Shown: positions 58,463-64,000 of the stretch, piece by piece
How the letters are laid out: each line of letters opens with the position of its first letter
Position numbering within the stretch: position 1 is the first letter of the stretch
Source of the DNA: an uncultured Gemmatimonadaceae bacterium
Lineage (GTDB): Bacteria > Gemmatimonadota > Gemmatimonadetes > Gemmatimonadales > Gemmatimonadaceae
Direction of reading: 5' to 3'
Length of the DNA: 64,000 nucleotides
Assembly (NCBI GenBank): GCA_963781585.1
Contig: CAWAGQ010000004.1
Span: 1,038,622 to 1,102,621, forward strand
Program-made: the position numbers and the translations under genes
The notes under the pieces: generated by a model
Database searches by the model: none
Told to the model about the DNA's origin: nothing
The model's input: only the letters and a program-made list of their open reading frames with translations

Positions 58463-59215
58463 TCAGCTCTTCCAGAGCCACATCATCAGCGTACCCAGCG
58501 TGCTGACCGCCATGGAGCCGACGGCCACGTTCCGGTGCCGCTGCGCGTTGAAGCCGGCCCGGCCTCCGCCGTCGCCCTCCTCGGCTCCGTCGCCCGATCC
58601 GTTCGCAGTTTGCCCCGTCCACAGGAAACCGGCATCGGCCGCAAGCATGATCGCGCCATGCAGCAGTCGACGCGTTCGACCCGCCGGATCGTGACGCGCG
58701 TCCCAGGCGTTCCACAGCCCGGTCACCGTGTTCACACCGAACAGCACCGCGATACCGCTCGCCAGCGTGCCGTGAAGGGACCGCATGGACTGCGACGGCG
58801 TACTGGCTGTGAGTAGCCTCTGCCCAACGACGTATTCGGCGGCGAACAGCGGGAACTCGACGAAGCTCCCGATGCGGTGAATCGTCAGGCGGCGATAGTA
58901 CCAGTCGCTGTACTCGACGGCCCGCTGCCGCTGCGGCGAGTCATCGTCCACTCCGGCAGCGCCGTCTCGAGGACCACCGGGAGGGTGGGAGCGCCCGCTG
59001 CTGCCCAACCCGGTTTCGTGGCTCACGCACAGCTGCGGCTGAAACGCTACGGCGGTCGGATGCACCGGTGCGACCCGCGCCGTTTCGGCCGTTGACGCCC
59101 TGGCCGCCATCCCTGCCGAACCCCCCGCCGAGTCGCTGAGGGTCGACCACGGCCTGCGCGCGGGACACCCGGGATCAGCCACCATGGTGGCGGCCAGCAC
59201 CATCAGCGTGAACAT
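58463..59215 (-). CDS. Membrane protein with four His-led TM helices (possible b-type cytochrome)
   Basis: N-terminal hydrophobic segment, low-complexity linker, then IHRIG, LHGTL, LHGAI, RHRNV each preceding a hydrophobic helix. Confidence 0.6.
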   Translation of the reverse strand: MFTLMVLAATMVADPGCPARRPWSTLSDSAGGSAGMAARASTAETARVAPVHPTAVAFQPQLCVSHETGLGSSGRSHPPGGPRDGAAGVDDDSPQRQRAVEYSDWYYRRLTIHRIGSFVEFPLFAAEYVVGQRLLTASTPSQSMRSLHGTLASGIAVLFGVNTVTGLWNAWDARHDPAGRTRRLLHGAIMLAADAGFLWTGQTANGSGDGAEEGDGGGRAGFNAQRHRNVAVGSMAVSTLGTLMMWLWKS

Positions 59216-59359
59216 GTCGTATGCGAGGGAGGATTGACGTTGCCAGACCGGCGGGCGCCCACAGCCGGCCCGCTTCTCCCTAGATACACGTCACGTCGCG
59301 GCAACCCTACAGGGCATCGGCAAACACGGTCGCGGGAAGTCCGGGCGCGCCAACCCGCG

Positions 59360-59866
59360 CTAGAGAGGCTTGAAATACTCGAACGGCTGGCGACACTGGT
59401 TGCAGTAGCAGACCGCCTTGCACGCAGTGGACCCAAACTCGCTTCGGACATCGGTGTCGCGCGATCCGCAGTAGGGGCAGGCCACCGCGTCGGCACGGCG
59501 TCGCAGCTGAACGAGCTCATCCTCCACCGAGGCCGCACCCGGGGGCGCGATGCCGTAGGCACGGAGCCGCTCCTTCGCGTCCCCCGAGAGCCATTCCGTG
59601 GTCCAGGCGGGCTGATACACGGTGTGCACCGTGACGTGCGCCGCCCCCGCCTCGCGCAACGCGCTGGTGATGTCATCTTCGATGACGCGCATTGCCGGGC
59701 ACCCGGAGTACGTCGGGGTCACATCCACCTCGACCGCGTCGTCGGCCACCCGCACGTCGCGAACGATGCCGAGATCCACGACGCTCAGTACCGGGACCTC
59801 GGGGTCGGGCACACCACGCAGGACGCGCCACGCCGCTTCCAGCGAGAAACCTGCCGGGGTCACCAT
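59360..59866 (-). CDS. paaD: Phenylacetyl-CoA epoxidase subunit D (DUF59 plus zinc ribbon)
   Basis: VPDPEVP..SVVDLGIVR, TPTYSGCPA, WTTEW, GIAPP, CPYCGS, FGSTACKA...C..C.QPFEYFK. Confidence 0.93.
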   Translation of the reverse strand: MVTPAGFSLEAAWRVLRGVPDPEVPVLSVVDLGIVRDVRVADDAVEVDVTPTYSGCPAMRVIEDDITSALREAGAAHVTVHTVYQPAWTTEWLSGDAKERLRAYGIAPPGAASVEDELVQLRRRADAVACPYCGSRDTDVRSEFGSTACKAVCYCNQCRQPFEYFKPL

Positions 59867-60624
59867 TTGCCGCCTGGAAAAGACCTCGCCACGATCTGCA
59901 TCTCGGCCAGCATGTGGCCGAGATGCTCCGTGTGGCGACCCTGGCGCCCGCCCCGCTGCATGAACCCGTCCGCGGGGAGCTGGAGCGCGGCCTCGTCTAC
60001 GATGCGTTCCATCTCCGCCCGCCACCGCGGCGCAAGCGCGGCCGCATCCACCGCCAGTCGCTGCGCAGCGAGGCGGCGTTCCACGGCATCCACATCGAAC
60101 AGCTCGCCCGTGAAGCGCCACAGATCGTCCAGCGCTCGCTGCGCTCGCTCGTGGCTCTCCGCCGTTCCGTCACCCAGCTTCAGCATCCAGTCGGCGGCGT
60201 GTCGAGCGTGATACCGCGCTTCCTTGTGCGCCTTGGCGGCAATGCCCGCCAGATCGGGATGCGCGCAATGCTGCAGCTGGTCGAGGACGAGCGCGGCATG
60301 GACCGATACCAGGCACTGCCGCACCACGGTGAAGGCGAAATCGCCCTTCGGCAATTCCATGATCAGCGCATTGCGGTAGTCGATCGCCTCGCGGAAGTAT
60401 GCCAGCGCGTCCTCGTCGCGCCCCTGCCCCTCCACCTGGCCGGCCAGGTGGAGGAAGTGGTTGGCCTGGCCGATGAGGTCGAGCGCGATGTTGGCGAGCG
60501 CGATGTCTTCCTCGAGAATGGGGGCGTGTCCACACCATTCGGAGAGCCGGTGGCCGAGGACGAGTCGGTCGTCGCCCAGCCGCAGGAGGAACTCGAAGAA
60601 GTCGGGGCGTGCCTGGTCGCTCAG
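59860..60624 (-). CDS. paaC: Phenylacetyl-CoA epoxidase subunit C
   Basis: LRLGDD.LVLGHRLSEWCGHAP.LEEDIA, KEARYH, GRHTEHLG.MLAEMQ; start appears to be CTG overlapping paaB stop. Confidence 0.93.
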   Translation of the reverse strand: MSDQARPDFFEFLLRLGDDRLVLGHRLSEWCGHAPILEEDIALANIALDLIGQANHFLHLAGQVEGQGRDEDALAYFREAIDYRNALIMELPKGDFAFTVVRQCLVSVHAALVLDQLQHCAHPDLAGIAAKAHKEARYHARHAADWMLKLGDGTAESHERAQRALDDLWRFTGELFDVDAVERRLAAQRLAVDAAALAPRWRAEMERIVDEAALQLPADGFMQRGGRQGRHTEHLGHMLAEMQIVARSFPGGKW

Positions 60625-61019
60625 AATACGCGAACTCCGGTGGGAACCTTGTAGAACTGCGGATGCCGGTACGGCTTGTCGTTCGCCGGATCGAAGAACG
60701 GCCCCACATCGTCCGGCGTGGACGCGGTGATTGCTGCTGCGGGTACCACCCAGATGTTGATTCCCTCCTGACGACGGCCGTACACGTCGCGCGCGTTCAG
60801 AAGCGCGTGCTCCGCATCGACCGCGTGGACGCTTCCCGCGTGCTCGTGAGGCGCACCGTGGCCGGGCTGGACGAACACTTCCCAGAGCGGCCACTGCGAG
60901 TCCGCCGAAGCGCCAGCGGCCGCCGTCTCGGTCGCGGAAGCGTCTACCGGCTCGGAGCGGGACGTTCCCGCCTCACGGGCAGCCGGCCGGGCCGCACCAT
61001 CCCGGGTGGTGTCGGTCAT
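60621..61019 (-). CDS. paaB: Phenylacetyl-CoA epoxidase subunit B (with N-terminal Ala-rich extension)
   Basis: WPLWEVF, H.GSVHA.DAE.AL.NARDVY.RR.EG..IWVV, DKPYRHP.FY. Confidence 0.95.
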   Translation of the reverse strand: MTDTTRDGAARPAAREAGTSRSEPVDASATETAAAGASADSQWPLWEVFVQPGHGAPHEHAGSVHAVDAEHALLNARDVYGRRQEGINIWVVPAAAITASTPDDVGPFFDPANDKPYRHPQFYKVPTGVRVF

Positions 61020-61028
61020 GCGTTCAGG

Positions 61029-62003
61029 TCACGCCGCGCTGGCACTGTGGTGGCCGCGCCGTTTCGCAGCGTAGGCCTCAGCCGCGACGCGCACCCATGC
61101 CCCTGCCTCGTGGGCTTCGCGACGAGCGGCGAGCCGTTCGCGATTGCATGGCCCATCACCCTTCACCACTCGCCAGAACTCGGTCCAGTCGATGGACCCG
61201 AATTCCCAGTTCTTCGTTTCGGCGTTGAAGTGAAGGTCCGGGTCGGGGATCACGAGGTCGACCGCCGTGGCCTGCGGCACGGTCAGATTTACGAACCGCT
61301 GTCGCAGCTCGTCGTTGCTTTTCTTCTTCACCCCCCAGCGAATCAATTCCGCCGAGTTTGGCGAGTCCGTGTCGCTGGGCCCGAACATCATGAGGGAGGG
61401 CCACCACCAGCGATCGAGCGCATCCTGCACCATCGCGTGTTGCTCCGGCGTGCCGCGGGCCAGCGTGGCGACGCTCTCGTAACCCTGCCGCTTATGGAAG
61501 TTTTCTTCCTTGCAGATGCGGATCATGGCGCGCGCGTACGGTCCGTAGGACGCCTTGGCCAGCATGGTCTGGTTCACGATGGCCGCGCCGTCCACCAGCC
61601 ATCCGATCACACCAACGTCCGCCCAGGTGAGGGTCGGGTAGTTGAAGATGTTCGAGTATTTCGCCTTGCCGCGCAGCAGCTGGTCCACCAGCTCCTGGCG
61701 GTCCACTCCCAGGGTCTCCGTGCCGCAGTAGATGTACAGACCGTGACCGGCCTCGTCCTGGACCTTGGCGAGGAGCGACATTTTCCGCCGCAGGCTGGGG
61801 GCTCTGGTAATCCAGTTTCCTTCGGGCAGCATGCCGACGATTTCCGAATGAGCGTGCTGCGACATCATGCGGATGAGCTGGCGGCGATAGCGCTCGGGCA
61901 TCCAGTCTTTCGGCTCGATCACCTCGCCGCGCGCGATTCGCGACTCGAAATCGGCGACCCGCGTGGGATCGTCAACTGGGCCGGACGTGGTAACGGCGGG
62001 CAT
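61029..62003 (-). CDS. paaA: Phenylacetyl-CoA epoxidase subunit A (di-iron)
   Basis: [53 protein letters not shown] before ATG 62003. Confidence 0.96.
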   Translation of the reverse strand: MPAVTTSGPVDDPTRVADFESRIARGEVIEPKDWMPERYRRQLIRMMSQHAHSEIVGMLPEGNWITRAPSLRRKMSLLAKVQDEAGHGLYIYCGTETLGVDRQELVDQLLRGKAKYSNIFNYPTLTWADVGVIGWLVDGAAIVNQTMLAKASYGPYARAMIRICKEENFHKRQGYESVATLARGTPEQHAMVQDALDRWWWPSLMMFGPSDTDSPNSAELIRWGVKKKSNDELRQRFVNLTVPQATAVDLVIPDPDLHFNAETKNWEFGSIDWTEFWRVVKGDGPCNRERLAARREAHEAGAWVRVAAEAYAAKRRGHHSASAA

Positions 62004-62334
62004 CAGACTCCGCATTATAGGAGATGGTCCAACCATGCGCGGGAACACACCTTACGCACGCACACCTCGTATTAAACATCAGCGTGGTGGTTTGGCAATC
62101 CCCCGCCTCGAAGCGTCAGATCGAGCAGCAGGGGCGCGACCGACGGATGAAGTTACACAGCTTGAGAAGGAACCGACTGGCTGGCCGTGCGCTCGAGTGA
62201 GGTCGGTTCCGGACATGATCGCCGGGCCGGGGCCACCTCACCGAAGGTAGCGTGGCGTTGCCTCTGTTCGCAGTCGGTCACGCGGCGCAACCTTACCGCG
62301 GTCGCATTTCCCGGACTTCACTGGAGGGCGGTTG

Positions 62335-63153
62335 ATGACGGAACAGCCAGATCGGCGCGATCACCCGGGAACCGTGAGCGTCCAGACAGATGAAGGCGTC
62401 GCCCGGGTCGAATTCTCTCATCCGAAGGGAAACTCGCTCCCCGCTCCTCTCCTCCGTGAGCTCACTGCCACATTCGACGAACTGGCCCGGAACCCCGACG
62501 CGGCTGTCATCGTGCTGCGCAGTGCGGGTACAGGGACTTTCTGCGCCGGGGCGTCGTTCGACGAACTCAAGGCCGTGCGGACCGAAGACGAGGGCAAGGA
62601 GTTCTTCAGCGGGTTCGCGCGCCTCATTCTGGCCATGCGGCGCTGCCCCAAATTCATCGTCGCCCGTGTACACGGAAAAGCGGTCGGGGGCGGCGTGGGA
62701 CTCATCGCCGCCGCTGATTACGTGTTCGCCCTGCCTGCCGCGTCGATACGACTCAGTGAGCTCGCACTCGGCATCGGCCCGTTCGTGGTCGGTCCGGTCA
62801 TAGAGCGGCGGATGGGGCATCAGGCATTCAGCGCCATGACGATCGACGCAGACTGGCGCGACGCGGCGTGGTGTGAGCGACATGGGCTGTACACGCGCCT
62901 GCTCGACACCGACGCGGCGCTGGACTCCGTCCTTCCGTCGATGGCGGCGCGACTCGCCTACCAGAGCCCGGCAGCCATGCGACAGATCAAGCGCGCACTG
63001 TGGGATGGCACCGATCACTGGGACACGCTGCTCTTCGACCGGGCCGCCATCAGCGGTCGGCTCGTCATGTCCGACTACACGCGCCGCGCGATCCAGGCGT
63101 TCGAGCAGCGAGGCGCGAGTGGCGAAGTACGGGCGGCGAAGATTCCGACCTGA
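62335..63153 (+). CDS. Enoyl-CoA hydratase/isomerase family protein
   Basis: FCAGASFDE, GKAVGGGVGL, LSEL.LGIGP; GGAGG RBS; divergent from paaA. Confidence 0.88.
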   Translation: MTEQPDRRDHPGTVSVQTDEGVARVEFSHPKGNSLPAPLLRELTATFDELARNPDAAVIVLRSAGTGTFCAGASFDELKAVRTEDEGKEFFSGFARLILAMRRCPKFIVARVHGKAVGGGVGLIAAADYVFALPAASIRLSELALGIGPFVVGPVIERRMGHQAFSAMTIDADWRDAAWCERHGLYTRLLDTDAALDSVLPSMAARLAYQSPAAMRQIKRALWDGTDHWDTLLFDRAAISGRLVMSDYTRRAIQAFEQRGASGEVRAAKIPT

Positions 63154-63230
63154 CCGCCGAAAGTCGTCGACGTCGGCTGGATATCCGAGAACGGGACCGC
63201 GACGCCGGGCGGCGTCGCGGCATCGTCCTC

Positions 63231-63755
63231 CTAGTTGGCCCGCGGCACGAAGAACTCGCCGTTCGTCACCACGACGTTGGGGTGCCCGTTGGCGACAATG
63301 GTTCCGGAGAACGTGCCGCGCACGGCGGCGGCGGTCAGCTTCGTGATGGTGACCGTGACGTCGGCGTCTGACGCGGCGCTGGTGCTGTAGACCGTCCCCG
63401 TGGCGTCCTGGTAGCCGATCAGCGAGCCCACGAGCGCGGAGCCCTGGATCTGAAACTCATGCCAGGTCCCGGTAGCGATCGGCGCGCCGTTTATTACCTG
63501 CACGTTGGCATTTCGGGTAGCATCGAATCCCACGATCACGGCGTTGTAGACGGTCCCGGAATTCGCGAAGGCGGCGTTGAGCGAGGTTTGCAGCGTGAAG
63601 GAGACCGCGGTGCCGTTGGCGTTGAAGCGGAGGAAGTAGTCGCTGCTGTTGCCCGGACCGGTGGATCCGCCCGACTTGCCGCAGCCCCCAAACAGGGCGC
63701 CGGCGACAATCATGATCGCGACCGTACGGCTGGCGGTTGTGGCGTAACGATTCAT
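63231..63755 (-). CDS. Hypothetical lipoprotein (beta-rich)
   Basis: LFGGC lipobox; C-terminal VTITKL...RGTFSG...VTNGEF pattern; GGGAGG upstream. Confidence 0.7.
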   Translation of the reverse strand: MNRYATTASRTVAIMIVAGALFGGCGKSGGSTGPGNSSDYFLRFNANGTAVSFTLQTSLNAAFANSGTVYNAVIVGFDATRNANVQVINGAPIATGTWHEFQIQGSALVGSLIGYQDATGTVYSTSAASDADVTVTITKLTAAAVRGTFSGTIVANGHPNVVVTNGEFFVPRAN

Positions 63756-64000
63756 GGAATGATGCCTCCCGGCATCGCGCACGAGTTCCGGCTGCTGCGT
63801 CACCGCTCCGGCGGGTCCGGTCGCGTGAAGAGGCGCGGAGCCACAACACAGTGCGCAGGAACCCCGGCGCGTCCGTCATCGCCACGAGAGTCGGCGCCTA
63901 TCGGGGTGCCGCCGCGCCCATGCGGACCTCGCCGGCCACTCGAGGGTGCGGCGAACGGCGCGCGGGGCGACGCCCCGCCGCCGCTTTGGGCGTCGCCTAC

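Noticed and set aside
63940..63990. GC hairpin (GCGGGGCG-A-CGCCCCGC) as a terminator
   Set aside because: No proper U-tract and the flanking gene lies outside the window, so it cannot be supported

Overview
High-GC (roughly two-thirds G+C by eye), gene-dense bacterial chromosomal segment of about 55 genes, mostly on the minus strand. I saw no rRNA, tRNA, CRISPR array, IS element, integrase or phage genes. Gene style (secreted propeller proteins with GGRGG linkers, short RC-cytochrome-like lipoprotein, HEAT-cyclophilin) suggests Gemmatimonadota or a similar lineage; this is inference only. Left part (1-23.5 kb): MshEN/GspE-like N-terminus, two BNR propeller proteins with a MoaD/ThiS protein, a MacAB-like ABC system, ClC and CPA1 transporters, c-type cytochromes, an S9 peptidase and a hybrid kinase. 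Centre (23.6-39.3 kb): a tightly coupled ~16 kb redox operon: korA, korB, a degenerate PFOR-beta paralogue, rnfB, a ~1712-aa PFOR with a tethered C-terminal ferredoxin, rnfCDGEA, a 50-aa Cys-rich membrane microprotein, apbE and a 9-Cys protein. Right part (43-63 kb): a fragmented phenylacetate (paa) pathway with no paaE or paaK in the window, interrupted by a four-gene membrane/Tat-Rieske module, a fused 2-oxoacid dehydrogenase E1, ggt and a cfa-like gene. Best leads: (1) the OFOR-Rnf operon with an apparent pseudo-enzyme subunit and built-in ferredoxin; (2) a dispersed (C)GTTAGGY motif that recurs in several reading frames through rare codons; (3) the four-His membrane protein plus twin Tat-Rieske module. 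All calls come from motif recognition by eye. Many start codons were re-chosen by hand and no database searches were run.
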